A program made the position numbers and the translations under genes. Source: Bacteroidota bacterium (GTDB lineage: Bacteria; Bacteroidota; Bacteroidia; AKYH767-A; OLB10). From it: a DNA stretch of 64,000 nucleotides. The stretch lies in the NCBI GenBank assembly GCA_046303115.1, contig JBKCGZ010000026.1, positions 585 through 64,584 of the forward strand. The letters run 5' to 3'. Numbering within the stretch: position 1 is the stretch's first letter; every line of letters starts with the position of its first letter. Below the pieces are notes generated by a model. It saw only the letters and a program-made list of their open reading frames with translations, did no database searches and was not told where the DNA came from. This document shows positions 46,670 through 55,122 of this stretch, in pieces.

Positions 46670-47638
46670 TTATTGCAGCTGACTTTTTAATTTATCTCTG
46701 TATTGTTCGATATATACAGCTGAAACGATAGCAATCAACATGGCAGACAAAGTGAAAAGAATCATCACAATGGCACGTTTAGGAGAGTCCTTCTTCTCTG
46801 GTACTAAAGGGGGAGAAACCATATTGTGAAAATTCAATTCTTTTTTAGCATCGTTAATTGCTGCTTCATAGTTCTTTCTGTAATTAGTATATGCATCGCG
46901 ACTATTCCGAACAACTTCTTTTAAGGTCATGTATTCAGCACCTTTTGATTCTAAATACTGTTGAGCCTTTGCCATATTTCCATTTACACCACCAGCTGCC
47001 ATCGATCGATAATATTCTCTTGAAAAACTACCTATTTGCGACTCAAAATCAGTAATACCTGTGCTGTCACGTAATGCAGTAATGGCATTGTCCAATGAGT
47101 CGAGTAGTAATTTCTCATTCTCCATTGATTTCTTATTAACTTCCGCTACTTCTAATGCGCGAGTATGGATTAATGAAATAGCTTTTACGTCCATGAAGTG
47201 TATTAACGACTGACATATGCGCTGCGCCATTTTAGGGTCTTCGTCGATGACATCCACTTCAATCGCTTCATACTGGTTTTTGCTAACTGAAATATTTTCA
47301 TTTAACATCTTCATCATCTCATAACGAGGGAATCCATTAACTGAATCAATTTTATAATGTTTAAATAAATGAAGTTCTTTTACTAAACTATCTCTAACAT
47401 CTTCCGAGTTTAATAGCTGAACCATTTGTTCCGTAGGCGTTTCTTTGGAATATGGTGAAAGATTTGCAGGATATAAAACTGCAGAGGATTTGAACATTGG
47501 CTTCATGAAAATCGGAAGTGAAATAATAAATCCAGCGACAATTGAACCGAAAAAGCAAATGCTTAAATGCTTACGCCACTTTTTTATTATTCGAAGTAAA
47601 ATAATTGTACTCATTTGTCCACTTTCTGACTGACTCAT
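46670..47638 (-). CDS. Wzz-like polysaccharide chain-length determinant (PCP) protein
   Basis: 322 aa. Two TM helices (ICFFGSIVAGFIISLPIF near the N-terminus, AIVMILFTLSAMLIAIVSAVYI near the C-terminus) flank a coiled-coil-like periplasmic region. A TAAATTTG box on the minus strand lies at 47658-47665. Confidence 0.7.
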   Translation of the reverse strand: MSQSESGQMSTIILLRIIKKWRKHLSICFFGSIVAGFIISLPIFMKPMFKSSAVLYPANLSPYSKETPTEQMVQLLNSEDVRDSLVKELHLFKHYKIDSVNGFPRYEMMKMLNENISVSKNQYEAIEVDVIDEDPKMAQRICQSLIHFMDVKAISLIHTRALEVAEVNKKSMENEKLLLDSLDNAITALRDSTGITDFESQIGSFSREYYRSMAAGGVNGNMAKAQQYLESKGAEYMTLKEVVRNSRDAYTNYRKNYEAAINDAKKELNFHNMVSPPLVPEKKDSPKRAIVMILFTLSAMLIAIVSAVYIEQYRDKLKSQLQ

Positions 47639-47743
47639 AGTTTTTAAATTTGAAGCACAAATTTAAAGGAAATATAATAGGGATTAAAATATTTAATACC
47701 CTAAAAATCAGTGGAGTTAAGAATATTTTTAAAGACGATTGTC

Positions 47744-49189
47744 CTATTGTTGTTCTGATTTTAAAAGTCGTATCAGTTCAAATGGCCTTATCAGCTTTAA
47801 TCCTAAGGCAATTAAAAAGCTAATAAGAAATCCAATAACACCTTTGATAAACCAATTCGATTCGAAGTTGCTTAAGACAAAAAACAAGTAGAATGTTGCG
47901 CTAATGTGAATCACATATTTTAATGCTAACAACTTCTGAAATTTAAAATTGAAAACTTTATGTGCTAAGAATATTTGTAGTCCTGCAGAAGTAAACTGAG
48001 TAATCATACTGGCATATGCTGCGCCTAACGAGAAATATCGAGGAATTAAAATCAGGTTAAGTACAATGTTTAATACCATTCCTGAAAGTGCAATAATGTT
48101 TAGGTATTTTAAATTACCATTGGCCGTAAGCATCGTTCCGAAAATATAAACGGAGCTAATTGCTAAAAAGCAACACATCACAATTCTAAATACGGCTGCT
48201 GAAGCATCTACATGCGCATGATAAAGTAAGCCCATAATATCATGACTGAAATAGAAACAAAATGCTATTAATGCAATAGCTGGGATTGCGATAAATGAGA
48301 AGGAAAGTTCTGCTAGTTCTTGTAAAGGCTGCTTCTTTTTTATCATATGCGAAAACATTGGAAGTAGTAATCCGCTAAATAAATAAGCAATCATGTTTGA
48401 TGCATCAAGTAATCGGTAACTCTGCGCGTAAATACCCGCTTGTTCTGCACCATTCGGAAGTAATCGTTCAATCATAACCGAATCAATACGGTTGTAAAAT
48501 GTCATGAGTAATATTAAAATAGCGAAGGGGTAACTATGCTTGAGAACGATAAAGAAAAAGGTAGGATTCCATTGCAGCTTTCGAAGCTTCGCTTTTTTGG
48601 CTACAATGATAAAGGTGATTGCGGCGGTGATTACGTATGCCAACGTTTGGGCCCAGACAAACCATTCTATTTTAAATTCATCACCTGCAATATGTCCCCA
48701 AATCAGCAATGAACATATGATAATCATGATGGCTCTGTCGAGAACAGAAATCATACTATCAATTTTAAACAATTGTAGTCCCGCAATATTAGATCGTAAG
48801 TAAAGAATAAAGGAAATTAATGCCTGGTTAATTAGCATCACCAGCAATATTCCAAGTTGCATTCCTTGATAACCTAATATCCATGCTACACTTAAGCTAA
48901 TAACGGTGTAGGCTAGTGCAAGAACTAAACGAAGCATAATAATTCCACTCAAATGTTTTTCAAGTAAATGATTATGCATTGCAATATTTCTGTTGTTGTA
49001 GTTGGTAATACCTACATCAAGAATAATATTAAATAGAAAACTAAGGTTAAATAAGGCTGAGTAAATTCCGTACGATTCAGCACCAACTGTATTTTGAACG
49101 GCTCTGTCGATGCCTAGAATCCAAAACGGCTTAATGAGCAAATTAAGGAAAAGCAAAAATGCCAGGTTGGTGATAAATTTCTTTTGCAT
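47744..49189 (-). CDS. oligosaccharide flippase (Wzx/MOP family)
   Basis: Polytopic, ~12-14 TM helices, with flippase-like spacing. The start is moved to ATG 49189, because the track's TTG 49207 lies inside a TATTTTTG box (49205-49212, minus strand). Confidence 0.8.
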   Translation of the reverse strand: MQKKFITNLAFLLFLNLLIKPFWILGIDRAVQNTVGAESYGIYSALFNLSFLFNIILDVGITNYNNRNIAMHNHLLEKHLSGIIMLRLVLALAYTVISLSVAWILGYQGMQLGILLVMLINQALISFILYLRSNIAGLQLFKIDSMISVLDRAIMIIICSLLIWGHIAGDEFKIEWFVWAQTLAYVITAAITFIIVAKKAKLRKLQWNPTFFFIVLKHSYPFAILILLMTFYNRIDSVMIERLLPNGAEQAGIYAQSYRLLDASNMIAYLFSGLLLPMFSHMIKKKQPLQELAELSFSFIAIPAIALIAFCFYFSHDIMGLLYHAHVDASAAVFRIVMCCFLAISSVYIFGTMLTANGNLKYLNIIALSGMVLNIVLNLILIPRYFSLGAAYASMITQFTSAGLQIFLAHKVFNFKFQKLLALKYVIHISATFYLFFVLSNFESNWFIKGVIGFLISFLIALGLKLIRPFELIRLLKSEQQ

Positions 49190-49248
49190 GACTTGATTCT
49201 TGTACAAAAATAAACCAATTTCGGAGAGTAATTAGCAAATGCATATAA

Positions 49249-49854
49249 ATGTTAGCCTTACATTATAACAAAGAAGTGATTGAAGCTGGTGTTGATGAAG
49301 CCGGTCGTGGTTGTTTAGCGGGACCTGTTGTTGCTGCTGCAGTCATTTTGCCACCTAAGATTCAGCTGGATTGGTATGATGTATTAAACGATTCAAAGAA
49401 GCTACCTGAAACAATGCGCGATAATTTACGCGTGTTGATTGAGAAAGAAGCGCTGGCGTGGTCGGTAGCAATGATTGATGCTCCAGAGATTGATCGAATT
49501 AATATTTTGAATGCTACTTACAAAGCCATGCATAAAGCAATTGCAGGCTTACATGTACAACCTGAACTTTTACTTATTGATGGTAATCGTTTCAAAAAGT
49601 ATAAAACCACAGAGCATAAAACAATTGTTAAGGGTGATGGACTTTATTTGTCGATAGCCGCAGCTTCTATTTTAGCTAAAACTCACCGCGATGAGTTGAT
49701 GAAAAAGCTTCATGCTGAGTTTCCACAATATGCCTGGGATCGTAACAAAGCATACGGAACGGAAGTCCATGTTAAAGCTATTATGCAATACGGATTAACT
49801 CCTTATCATCGTAAATCTTTTCAGTTAAAAGATCAGCAGCTAGAGCTTTTTTAA
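49249..49854 (+). CDS. rnhB: ribonuclease HII
   Basis: 201 aa with 'GVDEAGRGCLAGPVVAAAV', 'DSKKL' and 'ASILAK'. Confidence 0.95.
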   Translation: MLALHYNKEVIEAGVDEAGRGCLAGPVVAAAVILPPKIQLDWYDVLNDSKKLPETMRDNLRVLIEKEALAWSVAMIDAPEIDRINILNATYKAMHKAIAGLHVQPELLLIDGNRFKKYKTTEHKTIVKGDGLYLSIAAASILAKTHRDELMKKLHAEFPQYAWDRNKAYGTEVHVKAIMQYGLTPYHRKSFQLKDQQLELF

Positions 49855-50059
49855 TTCGTTATTATATTTTATATCCTCAAGCATTTTATTAACAAATCGA
49901 CCTTTTTTCATTCTGAAATTAATATTTTATTTTTTTATAATTTAATTTTGACCACCGTTTTTCAAGCAATCAATCAGTGATTAGTAAATTTTAATTTGCA
50001 ATAAATCAATGATCGTTTTGCTAAAGTCGAAAGTGAATACATTAAAATGTTTTTTAAAT

Positions 50060-50890
50060 ATGAGTAAAGAGTTAACTGTTTTTGAAGAAAAGAACATTCG
50101 TAGATTTTACGATGCCGAGAATGAAACATGGTATTTCTCATTGGTAGATATTGTTGGTGCATTAACCGATTCTGTTAACCCCACAGATTATCTCAAAAAG
50201 ATGAGAAAACGAGACGACGATTTAAATTCCTACCTGGGGACAAATTGTCCCCAGGTAGCGATGGTCGTCAATGGGAAATCCAGAAAGACCTTAGCTGGCA
50301 ATACCGAAAATGTTTTAAGATTGGTACAGGCGATTCCTTCCTCGAAGGCTGAGCCATTTAAACTATGGTTGGCGAAGGTAGGGCATGAACGTTTAAAGGA
50401 AACCCAAGATCCAGCATTAGGTATTGAAAGAGCACGAGAAAATTGGCGAAAAAAGGGTAGGAGTGAGAAATGGATTCAACAACGAATGGCTGGTCAAGTG
50501 ATTCGAGATAGACTCACGGATTATTGGAAGGCAAATGGTGTAGAAAACTTTAATGAATTTGCATTTTTAACGAACATTATTCATCAAGAGTGGACAGATT
50601 TAACGATAAACAAGCATAAAGAACTCAAAGGATTAAAAACACAAAATTTGCGTGATCACATGAGCGAAACAGAATTGATTTTTTCATCCTTGGCCGAGAT
50701 GGCAGCCAATTTTATTTCTGAAAAGATAAGCGCAAATGGATTGGTTCAAAATGCCAAAGCAAGTAAGAAAGGCGGTGCTATTGCGAAGCGTGCACGTGTA
50801 GAGTTTGAGTCAAAAACAGGAAAGAAAATAATTACGAGCGATAATTTTCTTGCACCTTCTAGTGTCAGAAAAAGGAAAAAACTTAAATGA
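50060..50890 (+). CDS. Bro-N domain protein with DinD-like C-terminal region
   Basis: The start is taken at ATG 50060 (MSKELTVFEEKNIRRFYDAENETWYFSLVDIVGAL, Bro-N-like). The downstream sequence 'AEPFKLWLAKVGHERLKE..DP' and 'NLRDHMSETELIF' is typical of this widespread phage-associated family. Confidence 0.75.
   Translation: MSKELTVFEEKNIRRFYDAENETWYFSLVDIVGALTDSVNPTDYLKKMRKRDDDLNSYLGTNCPQVAMVVNGKSRKTLAGNTENVLRLVQAIPSSKAEPFKLWLAKVGHERLKETQDPALGIERARENWRKKGRSEKWIQQRMAGQVIRDRLTDYWKANGVENFNEFAFLTNIIHQEWTDLTINKHKELKGLKTQNLRDHMSETELIFSSLAEMAANFISEKISANGLVQNAKASKKGGAIAKRARVEFESKTGKKIITSDNFLAPSSVRKRKKLK
50231..50257. repeat. perfect 10-bp inverted repeat inside the Bro-N CDS
   Basis: The sequence is tacctgggga-caaattg-tccccaggta. 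It is GC-rich relative to the genome. Confidence 0.7.
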
Positions 50891-50908
50891 AAAAATAATC
50901 AATAACTG

Positions 50909-52231
50909 TTATTGCTTGATGATTTTTTTGTTGGTTGTTTTACCATTTAAAAACTTTATCTGAACAATATAAATTCCATCATTCAAATCGCTGATTGAAA
51001 CAGATGATTGTTTCGAGTTTAGTTGTTCCGAATAAACGATATTTCCTTGAGTACTGTAAATGTTGATTTGAGAAATTACTTCTTCACTTTGGATATTAAT
51101 TTCAGCACTTGATGGGTTAGGAGCGATGTTAATTCTATTCTGATCTATTTCAGAAATACCAGTGCTATTATTCGTACGGATAATATTTATCGATCTGCAA
51201 TTGTCAAAGTTTCTCATCAAGTCGAAATACATACCATCTGCAAATTGAATGGAGTCCAGGCTGTTTTGTTGACCATTATAAAGTGAAGCTCCAACGATAT
51301 AATCACCAGTGCTGTAATAAAAAGTCATGTTGTTCGGGTCGATTGCAGAACCTGCATTTAATGAATAACCATATCCAAATAAAGATGATGAGGACAAGAC
51401 AGTAACAACACCCGTTGAAGGATTTATTTTTCCTAAACGAATAGTTGTCGAGTCAATAACAAACGGATTTACACTGCTAAAATAATTTGTTCTAACTAAT
51501 CCATAAAGAGCGGTATCAACACAACTATAAGTGAAATTATCAAAATGACTATTAGCAGGTAATACCATAGTAGTGTTTGAATAAACATTTCCTGTGTACA
51601 TATCCACACCTACAAGATTAGATCCTGTAGAGTAATAATAAACCATCTGATAAGGATCGATTGCACTACCTGCTAACGCATATCCTTGTCCGATTGAATT
51701 GGGAGATATTTGAGTTATTGTTCCAGTAACTGTATTGATTTTAGCGAGGAATAACTGACCTACATTTTGGTTTAATGTTGAATCATAATAGTTGTTTCTT
51801 GCTAAGCCATACATCGTACTATCTCCATTGCAAAATCTGAAATTATCAAAATAGCTAGAGGCAATCGGATTATTAATAGTTGCCTGATTAATCATTTGTC
51901 CGTTGCCTGAGTACAATGTATTTAGTTTGTTGTTAGACCCAACAAAAATATAGGTAGAATCATAAGGATTTAGTGCTGCACCAGTCAAATTAATTCCCAT
52001 TTGATAGGTGTAATTCCCCAAGTTAGAAACAAATCCATTGGTTGTATTTAATGTACCTAAACGAACAGTTGCAGAATCGAACACCTGAGAGATAATACTC
52101 GAATCAATCGGATTGTAAACGTAGGAATAATAGTTTTGACGCACGATTCCATATAGGCTATTGCTAATCTGACCAAAGCTAATAGTATTAAATGCGATTA
52201 GAAATGTAAGTGTGTAAATGATTCTTTTCAT
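50909..52231 (-). CDS. secreted protein with three ~100-aa internal repeats and type-A T9SS C-terminal domain
   Basis: 440 aa with a signal peptide. There are three units, each starting (L/M)YG(I/L)(V/A)R.NY(Y/F) and ending ..FDNF.. The CTD reads 'IAPNPSS..INIYSTQGNIV..LNDGIYIVQI'. A TATATTTG box on the minus strand lies at 52255-52262. Confidence 0.8.
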   Translation of the reverse strand: MKRIIYTLTFLIAFNTISFGQISNSLYGIVRQNYYSYVYNPIDSSIISQVFDSATVRLGTLNTTNGFVSNLGNYTYQMGINLTGAALNPYDSTYIFVGSNNKLNTLYSGNGQMINQATINNPIASSYFDNFRFCNGDSTMYGLARNNYYDSTLNQNVGQLFLAKINTVTGTITQISPNSIGQGYALAGSAIDPYQMVYYYSTGSNLVGVDMYTGNVYSNTTMVLPANSHFDNFTYSCVDTALYGLVRTNYFSSVNPFVIDSTTIRLGKINPSTGVVTVLSSSSLFGYGYSLNAGSAIDPNNMTFYYSTGDYIVGASLYNGQQNSLDSIQFADGMYFDLMRNFDNCRSINIIRTNNSTGISEIDQNRINIAPNPSSAEINIQSEEVISQINIYSTQGNIVYSEQLNSKQSSVSISDLNDGIYIVQIKFLNGKTTNKKIIKQ

Positions 52232-52313
52232 GGGGATTGGTTTTGTGCGTTAAGCAAATATAACAACTATTTGCAGTCAATGTAAATCTAGTATTTTTGA
52301 TATCCTAATTGTT

Positions 52314-52321
52314 TATTTTTG
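52314..52321 (+). promoter_or_regulatory. candidate -7 box (TATTTTTG) ending 4 nt before ATG 52326
   Basis: The sequence is TATTTTTG-cctc-ATG. Confidence 0.4.
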
Positions 52322-52325
52322 CCTC

Positions 52326-52811
52326 ATGCAGCAGAATATTATCTTGTCAGATTTAGAGAAGCTTAATCTTAAATCATCGGTGCTTGAGTCGTGTTTGAGT
52401 ATAAAACGAAATCAAATTAATGAGCTGACAGAAATGTTGCAATCGCTAAAGTCTTCCGTAGAAAGTAATGAGAAAAGCTCAGCAGGCGATAAGCACGAAA
52501 CAGGACGAGAAAATGCCAATCAGACCTTGTTGATATATGGCGATCAGCATCGTAAAGCAATGGAAGATTTAATGGTGTTTATGATGATAAAGCCTGATAA
52601 GTTAATTGATACCATTCAGCTAGGAGCTATTGTTATTTTGAATGATTTAACCATTTTTATCGCGGATAATATGGGTAAATTAACGGTTAATGATATGCCC
52701 GTAAATATCCTTTCTCCCAAAGGTCCATTTGTTCAATGCATGCTTGGCAAGTCCCAAGGATTTGAATTCAAGTTTAATAATAAAGACTTTAAAATTGTTG
52801 ATGTGTTTTAA
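52326..52811 (+). CDS. GreA/GreB C-terminal-domain-like protein (uncertain)
   Basis: 161 aa with an N-terminal coiled coil. It carries a 'SAGDKHETGRE' motif and a C-terminal 'SPKGPF...LGKS.G' segment reminiscent of the GreA-like family. Confidence 0.45.
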   Translation: MQQNIILSDLEKLNLKSSVLESCLSIKRNQINELTEMLQSLKSSVESNEKSSAGDKHETGRENANQTLLIYGDQHRKAMEDLMVFMMIKPDKLIDTIQLGAIVILNDLTIFIADNMGKLTVNDMPVNILSPKGPFVQCMLGKSQGFEFKFNNKDFKIVDVF

Positions 52812-52819
52812 TACTTTTG
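52812..52819 (+). promoter_or_regulatory. candidate -7 box (TACTTTTG) for the DUF1456-like gene
   Basis: The box starts immediately after the upstream stop and lies 10 nt before ATG 52830. Confidence 0.3.
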
Positions 52820-52829
52820 TCATACTTCT

Positions 52830-53060
52830 ATGCTAACAAACAACGACATTCTTAAAAAGCTACGTGTGGCACTAGAGCTTCGTGATGATGATATCATCGA
52901 AATCTTAAAGCTTAGTGATTTCGAAATTTCTAAAACTGAACTTAGCGCATTATTCCGAAAGGAAGATCATCCGAATTATAAAAAATGTGGCGATCAGCTT
53001 TTGAGAAATTTTTTAAATGGTTTGATTACTTACAAGCGAGGTCCAAGACAAGAAAAGTAA
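52830..53060 (+). CDS. DUF1456 (YehS-like) family protein
   Basis: 76 aa. 'NNDILKKLRVALELRDDDIIEI' and 'LLRNFLNGL' match the DUF1456 repeat pattern as I recall it. Confidence 0.6.
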   Translation: MLTNNDILKKLRVALELRDDDIIEILKLSDFEISKTELSALFRKEDHPNYKKCGDQLLRNFLNGLITYKRGPRQEK

Positions 53061-53061
53061 A

Positions 53062-53775
53062 TTATTTCTTTTCCGTATCGTCTGAGTAGGTATAAAAATA
53101 ATGTTCAGCGCACCTGCCTTCGCTATTTATTTTGCTCATCGCTCTCCAACGATTTTTATCATCCAAGATATAATCTTCCATTTCCGTTAATGTTGGAACC
53201 GGTTTTTCACTTTTTAAAACCCACACCTCCGTATTTGTTTTTGTTTTGCCTTTGTAAAATGATTTGTAGGTAATGCAATCATTCGGACTATAACAAGTTG
53301 TATTTAAAAACTCATTGCCCAATGAATCTAAAACAATGCGTTGTTCAACGCTCGGAACTGAATCACCAGCAAATGACCAATACACCACTTTTCCTCGTAA
53401 AGCAGTATCTTTTACATGTAGAAAGGCAATCTTTAAAGTAGAATCGGCCTTGAATAAAGTATCAGCAAATAAAGTTTTGTTGTATTGATAATACAGCTTA
53501 TTAAACCAAATCAAATCTCCTTGCTTATTACGTGCTACTTTACGAGTAAGTTGTCCGTTTGAATTGTAATCGTAAGTAATATACAATGTGGGCTCCGTAG
53601 GAACTTTTGAAAACTTAACCTTCTTTATTAATTGTTCTTGTCGGTTGTACGTAGAAACCGACAATGTATCACAATTTTGGTTATCACAATTGCACTTGAT
53701 TTCTACACAAGTATTTTGTGCGTTGGATAATAATGAAATCAAACAGAACAAGAATGCTACGATCAATTTTCTCAT
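53062..53775 (-). CDS. secreted hypothetical protein
   Basis: The start is moved to ATG 53775 (MRKLIVAFLFCLISLLSNAQ). The longer track ORF would run through the upstream terminator and the -7 box. Confidence 0.6.
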   Translation of the reverse strand: MRKLIVAFLFCLISLLSNAQNTCVEIKCNCDNQNCDTLSVSTYNRQEQLIKKVKFSKVPTEPTLYITYDYNSNGQLTRKVARNKQGDLIWFNKLYYQYNKTLFADTLFKADSTLKIAFLHVKDTALRGKVVYWSFAGDSVPSVEQRIVLDSLGNEFLNTTCYSPNDCITYKSFYKGKTKTNTEVWVLKSEKPVPTLTEMEDYILDDKNRWRAMSKINSEGRCAEHYFYTYSDDTEKK

Positions 53776-53779
53776 GCTG

Positions 53780-53787
53780 CAAAGGTA
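53780..53787 (-). promoter_or_regulatory. candidate -7 box (TACCTTTG) ending 4 nt before ATG 53775
   Basis: The minus strand reads TACCTTTG-cagc-ATG. Confidence 0.4.
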
Positions 53788-53793
53788 GTACAT

Positions 53794-53822
53794 ATAAAAA
53801 AAGGTGCCTCGCGACACCTTTA
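53794..53822 (-). terminator. rho-independent terminator after the LamG/T9SS gene
   Basis: Stem aaggtg / cacctt with an 8-nt loop. A 7-T run follows on the minus strand. Confidence 0.7.
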
Positions 53823-53826
53823 AAAT

Positions 53827-55047
53827 TTATTTGATAAAGATTTTACTTCGATAAATATCATTTTCTGTCATGACCATCACAAGGTAAACTCCTGGAATAA
53901 TTCGCTCTGTATTAATCGTATTACTGCTTGTTGGAGTTTTTAATTCTTCTATCATCGCACCACCGCAGTTATACAAACAAATGTTCTTTAGTTCAATTCC
54001 GTTGTTGGCGTCAATTCGGATATATCCATCACCGTTATACAATTTAATTTGTTGTGCATTTCCCATTTCTTGTACTCCAACTGTGTTGATGATAACAGGG
54101 GTAGAGATTGCTGGACATCCAATCGAATCAGTAATAGACACGGTATAGGTTCCATTTTGAGTTACGGTGTAATTTTGTGTGGTAGCATTTGCAATCGGCT
54201 GTCCATTATAATTCCACTGATATGTGAATGCTAATGATGAGGAAAGATTTAATCCATTTGCTGTAATTACAGGCGCTGTAGTAGCCTGAAAGAATGGAAC
54301 ATTGGGAGATAATGTAATGGTATTAAATGTTGCTGTATTTCCACTGCTTGTCTGATCAGGAACTGTAGTGCCTGATGCAATATTAAAATTCCAATAACCA
54401 ACCAATCCGGTTGAAGTAGGAGAGATATGACGATTGTAACCTGCTAAAATTTCTGCCTGAGGCTTAGCAATATTCCAGATTCGTACTTCGTCAATTTGTC
54501 CGTTGAAGGCTCTTGCATCTGACTGTGCTGCATCGCTCAAACGACCAATACGCATCGGATAAGCGGTGTTGGGTTTCATCGTTCCATGGAAGTATTGAGA
54601 TGCTACTTTTATTCCATTGACAAAAAGTCTTGAAGAGTCACCATCAAAACTTGCTGCTACGTGGGCCCATGTATTGAGGGTTAATGTATTTGCAGGTGAT
54701 ACTATAGGTTGCCAGCTCATTGTATTTCCAAGTGTGTCAACTCCACAAAATGTGAATGATAATTGTCCTGATCCACCACAACGTAAAACGAATCCTTGTT
54801 CGCCGTTTAAACTCCAACTATGCTTACATGCAATAGAATTGCTATAGTGGTTGGGTCCGAAAGCGGATGGTTTTATCCAAGCCTCCACTGTAATAGCAGA
54901 ATCTAATTGTAAATTGTTATCTGTAGTAAATGAAACGTAACTAGTTGTCCCATTCAGTGTAATAGACTTTGTATTGGCAGTGCATTGTGCTAATAATAAT
55001 TGGGGAATCCCAACTAACATTACTGCCAATAGTATAATTTTTTTCAT
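53827..55047 (-). CDS. LamG/concanavalin-like lectin domain protein with type-A T9SS C-terminal domain
   Basis: The start is moved to ATG 55047 (MKKIILLAVMLVGIPQLLLAQ), which removes the overlap with queA. 'LTLNTWAHVAASFDG...LFVNG' and 'FNGQIDEVRIWN' are LamG-like. The C-terminus reads 'GVYLVMV...KIFIK'. Confidence 0.8.
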   Translation of the reverse strand: MKKIILLAVMLVGIPQLLLAQCTANTKSITLNGTTSYVSFTTDNNLQLDSAITVEAWIKPSAFGPNHYSNSIACKHSWSLNGEQGFVLRCGGSGQLSFTFCGVDTLGNTMSWQPIVSPANTLTLNTWAHVAASFDGDSSRLFVNGIKVASQYFHGTMKPNTAYPMRIGRLSDAAQSDARAFNGQIDEVRIWNIAKPQAEILAGYNRHISPTSTGLVGYWNFNIASGTTVPDQTSSGNTATFNTITLSPNVPFFQATTAPVITANGLNLSSSLAFTYQWNYNGQPIANATTQNYTVTQNGTYTVSITDSIGCPAISTPVIINTVGVQEMGNAQQIKLYNGDGYIRIDANNGIELKNICLYNCGGAMIEELKTPTSSNTINTERIIPGVYLVMVMTENDIYRSKIFIK

Positions 55048-55110
55048 ATGTTGGTTTTTCAGGAATTGTAAAGATAAAATTTTGTTCGAAAAATAACAAC
55101 CATCTATGAT

Positions 55111-55118
55111 TATCTTTG
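55111..55118 (+). promoter_or_regulatory. candidate -7 box (TATCTTTG) ending 4 nt before queA ATG
   Basis: The sequence is TATCTTTG-cccc-ATG. Confidence 0.4.
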
Positions 55119-55122
55119 CCCC

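Noticed and set aside
49855-50908. The Bro-N gene considered as part of a prophage or integrative element, and as a GC-content island
   Set aside because: There is no integrase, no flanking direct repeats and no neighbouring phage genes. Hand counts of GC in its coding sequence (roughly 42-47% in sampled 60-nt lines) are similar to core genes such as rnhB, so composition does not mark it as foreign.
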